The position numbers and the translations under genes are program-made. A model generated the notes under the pieces. It did no database searches. It was not told the DNA's origin and saw only the letters and a list, made by a program, of their open reading frames with translations. A stretch of 64,000 bases of DNA, from assembly GCF_009914755.1 (NCBI RefSeq), contig NC_060934.1. One strand, given 5' to 3'. The stretch is from the human T2T-CHM13v2.0 reference genome, Homo sapiens. Shown here in pieces: positions 15,560 through 27,337 of this stretch (positions are counted from its first letter, which is position 1; each line of letters begins with the position of its first letter).

Positions 15560-16330
15560 TTCCTCACTTTGCAGGCATTTCAAAATATTAGGGGAAGGAC
15601 AGATAATTCAATAAATGGTGTTATGACAAGGGCTAGACATTGGTGGGGTCGGGGAGTTGAATGTTTACCTAACTCCCATGCCAAGAGAACCTCCAGATGG
15701 ATTAATGTAAAATGGGAAACACAGAGCCACAAAGGCCCAGAAGAACACATGGATTAATCTTCTTATAATCTTGTCATAGGGAAGGCTTTCATTTTTGTTT
15801 TTTTTTTGAGATGGAGTCTCACTCAGTCGCCCAGGCTGGAGTGCAGTGGCGCTATCTCGGCTCACTGCAAGCTCTGCCAGGGAAGGCTTTCTTAACCAAT
15901 GTAACAAAGGCAGAAACAATAAGGAAGAAGATTTAAATCCAGCACTTCTGTGTGGCCAAAGTACCACTAAATGAAGTTAACATGTGACAAGCTGGGAAAA
16001 TATTAGCAATCGTCATACTTAAAGACACCATACAAATCAATAAGAAAAAGACAGTTCACTAGAAATGTGGCAAAGGACAGCAACTCACACACACACAAAT
16101 GAAAGGAAAATACATTCATTATTCATTTTATAAAATTTCCAATTGAAACAAATGAAAATTACTTCCCAAGTACTAAATGGCAAAGATTGCAAAGGAGACT
16201 GGGGAAGTGGACATGTCTGTCCGTGTGTAAATTGAGATGACTGCTCTGATAGGACATTTGGCAGTGCATACCAAAAGTCCTAAAAATGCACATATTCCTT
16301 CTAGAATTTTTTCTTTGGGGAAAAATAATC
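15560..16330 (+). mobile_element. Old L1M 3' region fragment
   Basis: ttcaataaatggtg, atacaaatcaataagaaaaagac and aaatggcaaagatt motifs. Confidence 0.65.
15791..15878 (-). mobile_element. Severely 5'-truncated AluY-like insertion
   Basis: 13-bp TSD AGGGAAGGCTTTC at 15778-15790 and 15879-15891; ctgcaagctc diagnostic. Confidence 0.88.
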
Positions 16331-16511
16331 AGATAATTGTATCCTAATTGTGGAATGAAAGCCTTAGGGTCCAGGTTGCTGAAGTGAATTATTGGCTTTG
16401 AAAGGACTTTTAGTTCCTTTGAAAGGATTGGCTGCCCTAGAAGTTTCCATGAGACTGTGAAGGTCTAGGGAAGCTGAAGCCTTCACTTGCTGCCATAGTT
16501 CTGAACAAATA

Positions 16512-16855
16512 CAGTCATTTGGTGCTTAGTGATGGGGACACCTTCTGAGAAATGCATCGTTAGGCAATTTCATCTTTGAACATCGTAGAATGTACTTACA
16601 CAAACCTAGATGGTACCTCCCATTACACACTCAGTGTAAGACTCAGTGTAAGGCTCAGTGGTTTAGACTCTATTCAGTACAGTCACATGCTAGTAACTGT
16701 ACTGAATACTGCATGCAATTGTAACACAATGGCAAGTATTTGTGTATCTAAACATAGAAATGCTATAGTAAAAATATGGTGGTATAATCTTCTGGGACCA
16801 CCGTTGTATATATGGCCAGTCGTTGACTGAAAGGTTATAATGCGGCGCATGACTG
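16512..16855 (+). mobile_element. Tigger3a-like TcMar-Tigger element
   Basis: cagtcat...atgactg termini; ttctgagaaatgcatcgttagg and acacaaacctagatggta motifs. Confidence 0.8.
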
Positions 16856-17942
16856 CACCTGGGTCTAGAGTGGTAGAATGAGAGCCCACCCTCCTGGGGT
16901 AGGGGGTTGATCAGAACACTTTCCATCGTGCTTACCATCTGTGTCTACTCCAGTCCCTGTCAGAAATGCAGGCCTCTTCAGTCCCCACTGGCTGTGTTCC
17001 TCCTTCCTCAGTGCTCTGCACACTCACTGCACTGTGCGAGCCTTCTGTCCACTCCACACTCTCCTCTCACTCTGTCCATTATGGAGCAGTGCTTGGAGAA
17101 AGTCAGCTTTCTTGCAGATCCCTCTGTCTTGGTGGCCAAGCTTGGGCAGCTGGACCCCCAGGATAAAGGGATCTGTGCTTTAGTGTGATTCTTTGGAAAG
17201 GTTGTTGAACCTGGGCTAGAGCTGTCCAAGCATTTCCTGATGTGCTAGCCATTTCTCAGGGCTGGAAGTGATCGTGGATTCTCCTTGGACAAACCATTCC
17301 TTTTCTCTGAAGCCGCCTTTGTCCTTTTGAGCAAATGTGTCTTGTGTTTGATTTCACTAGCACCTGATTTATAAACTCAGGATATGAAGACTTTGGCCTT
17401 CATGAGCCTAGTGTGTGCATCGTTACTCTTGTCCCCTCATAACTCCCACAACTATTCATATAAAAATCATACTGATGGAAGCTATCTCTGCAAGCTTCAG
17501 GCAGATTTTGGGTCTTGCCTTTCATTTCTACCATTTAGCCAGCTGTGCCCTTCTTTAACCTCTTGATGGAATTGTTTATAAGCCAGAAAGTGGGAGGGAA
17601 AGTGTGGGGTGGAGCAGATGACCCACACCTAGTACAAAATTGCATTTGTTTTCAGCACTGTGGGCTAAGCCAACATTTCCTGCAGAGGCTCTGATACCCA
17701 GATCTGATTACCCTGTTTGGTGTCACTTAGTGGGGCTGCAGTCAGGACCCCTTTAGGATGTATTTATGGTGCTCCTCAGCTCACAAAGACTATGTGCCCT
17801 GTATTGTGCACGTGATTGCTGTGCTTTCATAATGAACCTTTTGAGGAAATGTCATGGAGGAGCATGAAGTCCTGCATTCCTGTCTCCCATTTTGTAGGAA
17901 GGTCTCCCACGTGGCCAGAGGCTGGAGACATGAATGTGGCTG

Positions 17943-18404
17943 TGTAGCAGGATGAGCTGCAGACAAAACCCCTCAGACACCGAGTTAAAGAAGGCAGGGC
18001 TTTATTCAGCAGGAAGCATCGGCAAGACTCACGTCTCAAAAACTGAGCTCCCCTAGTGAGCAATTCCTGTCCCTCTTAAGGGCTTACAACTCTAAGGGGG
18101 TCCGCGTGAGAGGGTCATGATCGATTGAGCAACAGGGGGTACATGACTGGGGGCTGCATGCACTGGTAATTAGAACGGAACATAACAGAACAGGGATTTT
18201 CACAGTGCTTTTCCATACAATGTCTGTAATCTATAGATAATATAACCCGATTAGGTCAGGGGTCGATCTTTAACTATGAGGCCCAGGGTGTGGCACTGGG
18301 CTGTCTGCCTGTGGATTTCATTTCTGCCTTTTAGTTTTCACTGCTTTTTTCTTTGGAGGCAGAAATTGGGCATAAGACAATATGAAGGGTGGTCTCCTTC
18401 CTTA
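17943..18404 (-). mobile_element. Solo LTR2-family (HERV-E) LTR
   Basis: Minus strand starts TAAGGAAGGAGACCACCC and ends CTGCTACA; 4-bp TSD GCTG at 17939-17942 and 18405-18408; AATAAA at 18006-18001. Confidence 0.88.
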
Positions 18405-18565
18405 GCTGAAGTGGGAACTAGGTGTTCCTCATCAGATCAACTGTTGGATGCTACTTCCTCTCACACCTGAGTCCTGAGCTGTGGACCCTGGAGCTAGGGT
18501 TCTTCACTGAGGCCCACAGATGGGCTCCACGTGGGTCTGTGAACTGATGAAATGGCAACAGTGGA

Positions 18566-18982
18566 TGTCTTAGTCCATTTAGTGTTGCTATAAAGGAATG
18601 CCTGAAGTTGAGTAATTTATAAAGAAAAGAGGGTTATTTGGCTCATGGTTCTGCAGGCTGTACAAGAAGCCTGGTGCCAACATCTGCTTCTGGGGAGGCC
18701 TCAGGCTGCTTCTGCTCTTGGCGGGAGGTGAAGGAGAGTGGTGTGTAGAGATCACACGGTGAGAGAGGAAGCAAGAGAGACAGAGGAGGTGCCAGGTTCT
18801 TTTAACAACCAGCTAATGGGGGAACTCTCAAGGGAGCTAATAGAGTGAGAACTTACTCAGAGCATGAATCTATTCATGAGGATCTGCCCTCATGACCCAG
18901 ACACTTCCTGTGAGGCACCACTTCCAACATGGGGATCAAATTTCAACATAAGGTTTGGGGTACAAACATCCAAACTATGAAG
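18566..18982. mobile_element. MST-family MaLR LTR
   Basis: tgtcttagtccatt...gctataaaggaatgcctga...aacatccaaactat. Confidence 0.85.
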
Positions 18983-19134
18983 TGGACTTGAGGCTCTTTA
19001 GGACAGATGGTACATAACTTTTCATCAAAGAGTTGGCTGAAGGTACCTACTTTTCATCAAAGAGTTGGTTGATCTCCAAAAAGATGAAAATGATTGAGAA
19101 TCCTTGAATATGCAGAGACAGATCATTTTAAACT

Positions 19135-19745
19135 TTTTTCTTTTAACTTTTCATTTTGAAATGATTTTAGACTTACAGAAAAGTTGCAAAAACAATGCAG
19201 AGGATTCACATATATTTTTCACTCACCTTCCCCTAATATTAACAACTCACAGAATTATAATAACACCAGAAAATTAGCATTGGTACCATGCATCATGGTA
19301 ATTATTATTATTATTATTATTATTTTTTTTTTTTGAGACAGTCTTGCTCTGTCTCCCAGGCTGGATGGAGTGCAGTGGCGTGATCTCCGCTCCCTGCTAC
19401 CTCTGCCTCCCAGGTCAAGTGATTCTCCTGCCTCAGCCTCTCGAGTAGCTAGGATTACAGGCACCCGCTGCCATGCCCAGCTAATTTTTGTATTTTTAGT
19501 AGAGACGGGGTTTCACTATGTTGGTCAGGCTGGTCTTGAACTCCTGACCTCATGATCCACCCATCTCGGCTTCCCAAAGGCATCATGGTAATAATTAATA
19601 GTAAACTGCTGACCTTGTTTGTGTTTCACTAGTTTCCCCCCTAACGATCATTTTCTTTCCAAGGATCCAATCCAGGATCCTACATTGCACCCACTTGTTG
19701 TGTCTCCATAATCTCTTTGAATCTGTGGCATTTTCTCATTTTAAA
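19135..19745 (-). mobile_element. L1MC-type 3' end with a nested Alu at ~19301-19579
   Basis: ttttagacttacagaaaagttgcaaaa motif; the Alu has an (ATT)n tail and TSD GCATCATGGTAAT. Confidence 0.8.
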
Positions 19746-20047
19746 GAAGAAAATAAAATCTGTTGGTAGCAATGATGGTAAACTGCAAGATAACTGTAGG
19801 GACACACAAATGATCTGCCCTTCTTGCTTCTTGCCTTCTTATTCTTTTTCTGTCCCAAGCAAAACTTAAAATTAAGTTTATTTTCATTTGCTATCACCAA
19901 AGTATGTCATAATTTTTATTTTAACATATGCAAAACATATAGTTGTTGGTTTTAAAGGTTTGAAAGGCTTCAACTCTATTTCACAATAGTCAAACACATT
20001 TCTTGAAATATAAAATACATGACTGTAATAATCATACAACTGATTTG

Positions 20048-21068
20048 TGTAGTAAGGAGTTTAACCTTGCCCTAAAGAGCTCTGACTTTGTCCTCAGCTT
20101 CTGGCAGGTGATCTATCTCCAAGCCCTTGGAGTATAGTGCTTAATAGGATTGTCTTCATTTGCCAGTGGCCTGGGCTCACGCTGGGTAGTCTAGATGTGA
20201 TTTACGGTGGGGCTGCCCCACTGGGTAGTCTCAGGATGGGACCTGGACACTCCAGGTGGTAACGACATGCTATGGGTGGGGGATTTGGGGGTCACATGGA
20301 ATCAGTCAACTTCGGGAGGGCAGGAGGCTGGAGGCTGAGATCGGCCAGGGGAACAATCAGTCACATGCATGTGAGGGAACTCTAGCAGACACCTCAGACC
20401 CAATGCTCGAGTGGCTTTGCAGGGTGGCCCTGCTGCATGCCTACTGTTACACAGCGATGCTGGGAAAGCCACGCCTTCCTCACTCCATGGGGAGGGGACA
20501 GTGGGAACTGCATGCGGTACTTTCCCTGCACCCTGCCCTTGGCCAATTTTAATCTAGACTTTCACTGTAATAAACCCTACCTACAATGACAGCAGCTCTC
20601 AGTCGGTTCTGTGTCTTCCTAGCAAATGATTGAATCTGAGGGTGGTTTTGGGAACCTCCCCACCAAATTGACAGCTAGTGTCAGAAGTGAGGGCAGTCTT
20701 GGCTGGGTGCAGTGGCTCATGCCTGTAATCTCAGTACTCTGACAGGCCAGGGCAGGAAGATTGCTTGAGCTTAGGAGTTTGAGACCAGCCTGGGCCACAC
20801 AGTGGGACACTGTCTCTAAAAAAACAAAAACAAACAAACAAAAACCTGCATGTGGTGGTGCATGCCTGTAGTCCCAGCTACTCTGGAGGCTGAAGTGAGA
20901 GAATTGCCTGAGGCTGCGAAGTCAAGACTGCAGTAAGCTGTGATTGTGCCACTGCACTCCAGCCTGGGTAGGCAGAGCTAGACCCTGTCTCAAAAAAAAA
21001 AAAAAAAAAAGTGAAGGCAGTCTTGTGGACTGTTTCTCTAACTTTGCAGTTGGCCTTAACTTTTGCAA
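20048..21068 (+). mobile_element. MER21C-like LTR with a nested AluJ at 20701-21010
   Basis: tgtagtaaggagtttaaccttgccc start; the Alu is flanked by aagtga(g/a)ggcagtctt TSDs. Confidence 0.8.
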
Positions 21069-21090
21069 TGACTTTAAAAGTTGAATCTGA

Positions 21091-21745
21091 TGCTGGAGAG
21101 GATGTGGAGAAATAGGAACACTTTTACACTGTTAGTGGGAGTGTAAACTAGTTCAACCATTGTGGAAGACAGTGTGGCGATTCCTCAAGGATCTAGAACT
21201 AGAAATACCATTTGACCCAGAAATCCCATTATTGGGTATATACCCGAGGATTATAAATCATTCTACTATAAAGACACATGCATATGTATGTTTATTGCGA
21301 CACTATTCACAATAGCAAAGACTTGGAACCAACCCAAATGTCCATCAATGATAGACTGGATTAAGAAAATGTGGCACATATACACCATGGAATACTATGC
21401 AGCCATAAAAAGGATGAGTTTATGTCCTTTGCAGGGACATGGATGAAGCTGGAAACCATCATTCTCAAAAAACTATCACAAGGACAGAAAACCAAACACT
21501 ACATGTTCTCATTCATAGGTGGGAACTCAACAATGAGAACACTTGGACACAGGGCGGGGAACATCACACACCGGGGCCTGTCGTGGGGTGGGGGACTGGG
21601 GGAGGGATAGCATTAGGAGAACTACCTAATGTAAATGACGAGTTAATGGGTGCAGCAAACCAAAATGGCACATGCATACCTATGTAACAAACCTGCACAT
21701 TGTGCACATGTACCCTAGAACTTAAAGTATAATAACAATAAAAAA
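21091..21745 (+). mobile_element. 5'-truncated L1PA 3' end
   Basis: Canonical L1PA ORF2 end and 3'UTR; TSD AAAAGTTGAATCTGA on both sides. Confidence 0.95.
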
Positions 21746-21960
21746 AGTTGAATCTGAAACCATGTCTTTGCACTTGAAGATAAAAATAACCCTTCTCCCA
21801 AGACAAACAAGAGATTGTCACTAGTAAAGTGTCATTTTCAATTTAGCAAATGCACTTCAACATGTTTAATTTATAAGAACCCAATAGAACTATGGTCAGT
21901 TTAAGACCTGAAGTTATCTCACTTGCATTGAGGGTTTATAACGAGCACTAGATTTCTTCT

Positions 21961-22062
21961 TTTCTTTTTTTCTAAATTTATTTATTTCTTTTTTTTATAT
22001 ATTTTTATTATACTTTAAGTTCTAGGGTGTATGTGCACATGTGGACACAGGAGGGGGAACAT
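21961..22062 (-). mobile_element. ~100-bp L1PA insertion with 5' inversion
   Basis: Antisense L1 3' terminus plus a sense 21-nt L1 piece; TSD ATAACGAG(C/G)ACTAGATTTCTTCT. Confidence 0.8.
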
Positions 22063-23754
22063 AACGAGGACTAGATTTCTTCTAAACAATGGAGATTAAA
22101 CAATGTACATCCACTGTCTGTAAAGACCTTGATCTTGACCCATCACTCATGAATCTGTCTTAAGTCCAGAGCTTTTAAAATGTCTCCAGTGTTCTGCCAA
22201 GACCTAAGTTCTTTAGGACTACAAAACAGCTTGATTGACTTGTTTTCTTTTAGAAAATTCCATATGAACACTAAACACATTTATGTAATTCCAGAGGGGG
22301 TGGTGGTGTATTTTGGCAACAGGGGTATCTTTCTGAAGGCGCAGCTCTATGATAGGTTTGCTCTGAATTGATGCATCTTTTCATTATGGGAACCAGACGC
22401 ATCAAGTGCAGAGTATTTTCCAGGCACTTGAACTTGCCTTGTGGTTATTAAGTTTCTGAAAGAAAGTACCAATATTTACTTAAGAGAAAAGACAAATTAT
22501 AGGGTGAAGGCTAAATTGATGTTTACATTATCAAAGACTGCTGTTTTCAGAGCAAAAATGGATGTTAACCATGAAAATGTTTTATGCCGTGGCATTTTTT
22601 GGAACATATTTTTTTCATTTAAAAAGTTTCAATATATGGCAAATATGTAAATGTGCACATGGGAACACGTCATTTTTCTGTACTTTTGTCCTCTTTATTT
22701 CTGAAATCCTTCCAACTACCTAAAAGTTCCAACTATTAAAAAGTACTGCAGTCTGTTAGCATTTCAAATGTTTGTAAACTTTGATTTAGAACTGTTCCAG
22801 TATTTAATTCTGAACTTGCCAGTTTATTAATGCTTTTAAAATAAAATTTATTGCACTAGGAGTTGAAATAAGTTGTTTTTAACTCATAAAAAGAGCTGCT
22901 GAAAAGTATTTTCCTACATTTTTCCGAATAACATTTTCAGAAATGCCTAGAGAGATACAAATTTAAAATACTTAATTGGAAACATTTTACATTTAGAAGT
23001 ACTTCTAATAAAATTAGAGACAATATTTTTCTGCAATTTTTCTACAGCAGAAGGAGAAGTTGTTACTTCAGTTTTGGGCCCCTGGCATTGGTCCATACCT
23101 GGAGGTCCTCCTGGGAAGGTGTTCCCATGGCCTAGGTTCTGTGATGTTGGTGAAGGGCACCATAAGGCAGCCGTTCCCAGCCACGTTCAGTTGGCAGAGC
23201 CCCTCATGCTCTGACACTTCATAAAACATGGCACGCAGCAGCTGCTGGTAGCGCCCCTGACATCTCTTGAGCTCACCTTGTGCTTTGGTGGCCAATGTCC
23301 CTGTATGTCGAGGGCTCCCCACCTCAAGAACTTGAGCTCCCTGCTTGAGGCCTTTCAGTGGCCACAGGAATTTGCCTGCCCTGTGGGTGTGCCCAGCTTC
23401 AGGTGCTGGGGATTTAATGCTTCCAGGAGGCACCTTCCATCGATAAGGACTAGGAGTTCCTGGAGGACTATCCCAGCTCACCCCCTTTTCCGTGAGTCAG
23501 TCCTGCCGTGTTTCATGTTCTCTTACAGTGCCTCAGTGGGATTGTACCCAATTTGCCACAGTGGTACCCCACTCATTCTTGCACCTGTGTGTGGCACAGC
23601 TTCTGGTTCTGGCTCATTGCTCAGTGGCTGACAGTGCTTCCCAAACGACTAGCCCCAAGCCTGTCTCAGAGTCTCCTTTTTGGGGAGGCCAGCAGAAGAT
23701 GCCATGTGCACCAGGTGACTCAACAGCACCCCCAGGCTCATGGGGGGTGTCGAA

Positions 23755-24755
23755 AGCTTGTGGTGGCCCCGAAGCTACTTGAAGTAATGGGGAATTCAGG
23801 AAAATCACTAAACTCCAACAGGAAGGGCCAAGGAAATGGATACAAAACACATAATGCACACACACACACGTAAGTAATGGAAGAGAAGATAGTATCATTT
23901 TAAACCAGCGTTTAAGATCATGAGCTAAATAATAAAGAATAGAAACAGGTGGGAAAGTGGACGGAGGGAAACCAAAAATCATTAAAGACTTACACTTCCA
24001 TAAAGGGCAAACCAAGTTTTGTGTGTTCATTACCAGTATATTTATTTATTATTATTTTTAGATGGAGTCTTGCTCTGTCACCCAGGCTGGAGTGCAATAG
24101 CGCAATCTTGGCTCACTGTAACCTCTGCCTCCTGGGTTCAAATGTTTCTCCTGCCTCAGCCTCCTAAGTAGCTGGGATTACAGGCACCCACCACCACGCC
24201 CAGCTAATTTTTGTATTTTTGTTTTTTAAAGTGGAGATGGGATTTCACCATGTTGGCCAGGCTGGTCTCCAACTCCTGACCTCAGGTGATCTGCCCACCT
24301 TGGCCTCCCAAAGTGCTTGGATTACAGGCATGAGCCCCTGAGCCCAGCCTAGATATATTTTAAATGAGACTGATACTGTTTTAGGATAATAACTCTAGGA
24401 TCAAAACTGGGCTGATTTCTTGGCTGACCTTAGTAAAAGATGGAAGCAAACAAGAATGTGGCTCCCTTATCCCAAGACAGTAAATAGATAAGGAAGATGA
24501 AAAGCTGGGCCTGCTCTGCAGGTGTCCATGGTAGGCACTGCCAATGGGGCGGGGGCTCCCTCACCTCCCACGATTTCCCTACACGGGTCCTTCCAGCTTT
24601 CCTGTTAATCATTTAGTAGATCTGCCACCTCCTTCTTCTCTCTCCATCACTCCGCACCATCTGTGTGAACTTTTTCTGGATTTCTGGATGGGCTTCTAAA
24701 TGTTGACTTGTCTAAAATATACAAGTATTGTGTATATTAGGCACCCAATAAATTC
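23755..24755 (+). repeat. Arm A of an inverted duplication (contains AluS at ~24041-24349)
   Basis: Reverse-complement match to 29345-30110 by eye; paired ORF translations [20 protein letters not shown]. Confidence 0.9.
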
Positions 24756-24798
24756 CAAACCATAACGAATACACAAAATCCCCTAAAGACCGGCTTGC

Positions 24799-25083
24799 GG
24801 CCGGGCGCGGTGGCTCACGCCTGTAATCCCAGCACTTCGGGAGGCTGATGTGGGTGGATCACTTGAGGTCAGGAGATCTAGACTAGCCTGGTCAACATGG
24901 TGAAACCCCGTCTCTACTAAAAATACAAAACTTAGCTGGGCGTGGTGGTGCATTCCTGTAATCCCAGCTACTCAGGAGGCTGAGGCACGAGAATTGCTTG
25001 AACCTGGGAGGCGGAGCTACAGTGAGCCAAGATCGTGCCACTGCACTTCGCCTGGGCAACAGAGTGAGAACCTGTCTCAAAAA
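24799..25083 (+). mobile_element. AluS with very short A-tail
   Basis: ggccgggcgcggtggctcac start. Confidence 0.95.
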
Positions 25084-25748
25084 TACCAAACCATAGTGAT
25101 GGTTTGGTATTATATTTATATTTGAGCACCACTATGCTCAAATATAAATATAATTTAAAAAATGGGCTTGGAAACAGTCCACGTCTGTCGCTCTTGGTCA
25201 CAGATGTGTGTATGTAGCCATTGCTGCATAGAATCTATAATTTCATCCTTTGTAGTAGGCATTGTTCTTCCCTCCATGGTTTGGAGAGGTTACCACACAT
25301 ATCCAAGATCTCACAACCAGTGAGCAGTCGATGTGGGATTCTACCCAGGTCTGACTCAAGTACCTTGTTCCTTCCAACTCACCAGGCTTTCATGACGGGA
25401 TATGCATTGGGCAGCAGCAGAATAACCAGAAAGCCTTTGCCAAATAGGATCACAGGCACTGACACCAATATTAATATTAAAAGGGCATGGTTTAGTCAAC
25501 TGCAATTGGCAAAATATGTATAAACAGCATTTAACAAAAATTATTATCAATATTAAGGATAATGTCTTTGAAACTTTATGAATTTTGTTACTTTTTGACA
25601 TAAAGACATAAGATGTAGAGTTAGGAGCAATTTGACAAAATATGTTAGACAATTTGACTCACCATTATTAAAGTCAAGCTGGCAAAGGTAAGTAGAAATT
25701 ACAAAAATACAAAACAGAATTCATCGATAGATTCTGACTTTGGAGCCT

Positions 25749-26293
<545 letters not shown>

Positions 26294-26299
26294 TTATAA

Positions 26300-27330
26300 C
26301 TCAAGTATTTTGGGAGAAATACTTTTATGAAGTCAAATTTATCATTTTTTAATGATTTAATGTTTCTGTGTCCTAAGAACCCTTTGCCTACTCTAATTTT
26401 TTTTTTTTTAAGAATCTCCTGTGTTATCCTCTAGATGCTTTATGGTTCTAGCTTTTATTTTTAGGTCTATAACCCATTTTAATTTTTGTGTATGTAGTGA
26501 CGTAGAGGTCAAAGTTCATTTTTTCCATGTGAATAATCAGTGCTTGAGCACCATTTGTTAAGGAAGACTTTTTTGGGAAAGAAAGCAAAGGCCCTCTCTC
26601 CCGAGGGCTTCTGGACTGAATGCTAACAGCAGTCTGGGCTAGCTAAAATTATAAAAGACAACGCAACCAAATATAGGCAAGAATATATAGCACTGAACTC
26701 TCAAATATTGCTGAAAGGAGTATAAAATGGCTGGAGAACTTTAGAGACCTTTTGTTAATTTCTTATAAGTTTCAAGATACATCTACCCTATGGTTCAGAA
26801 ATTTCACTCCTAGGTATTTGCCAACAGGAATAAAACACGTCTACAAAAAGACTTGCACAAGAATGTAGCCTTATTCGAATAACCCAAAAGGGAAAACAAC
26901 CAAATGTCCATCAATAGTAGAATGGATATACAAACTGTGGCACATTAATACTATGGAATAGTAGTCAGCAAACAACAAAAGGATGCTCACCTGACTCGCA
27001 CAATATACATTGATCTCAAAAAAACATTATGTGGATTGAACGAAAGCAAGACACAAATACAGACAATATGATCCCATTTATATGAAGCTCAGGAAGAGAA
27101 AAATTAATCTATGATGACAGAAATCAGAACACCAGAGCATAGTTTCTCTGGGATGGAAGAAGGTGGGAGGACTAGTTGGAAAGAACTTGAAACACTTGGG
27201 GTAATGGACATGCACCATCTCTTGTTTACAGTGATTGCACAGGAGTAATATAATTACCAAAGCATATTGAAATGAATGTTTTGCATTTTTTTGTGTGTCT
27301 AAATTACATCTCCACTAAAAATTACCACCA
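26300..27330. mobile_element. Old L1M fragments (minus ~26300-26575; plus 3' end ~26640-27330)
   Basis: aaatttcactcctaggtattt, ccaaatgtccatcaatag and ccatttatatgaag motifs. Confidence 0.7.
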
Positions 27331-27337
27331 AAGAAGC

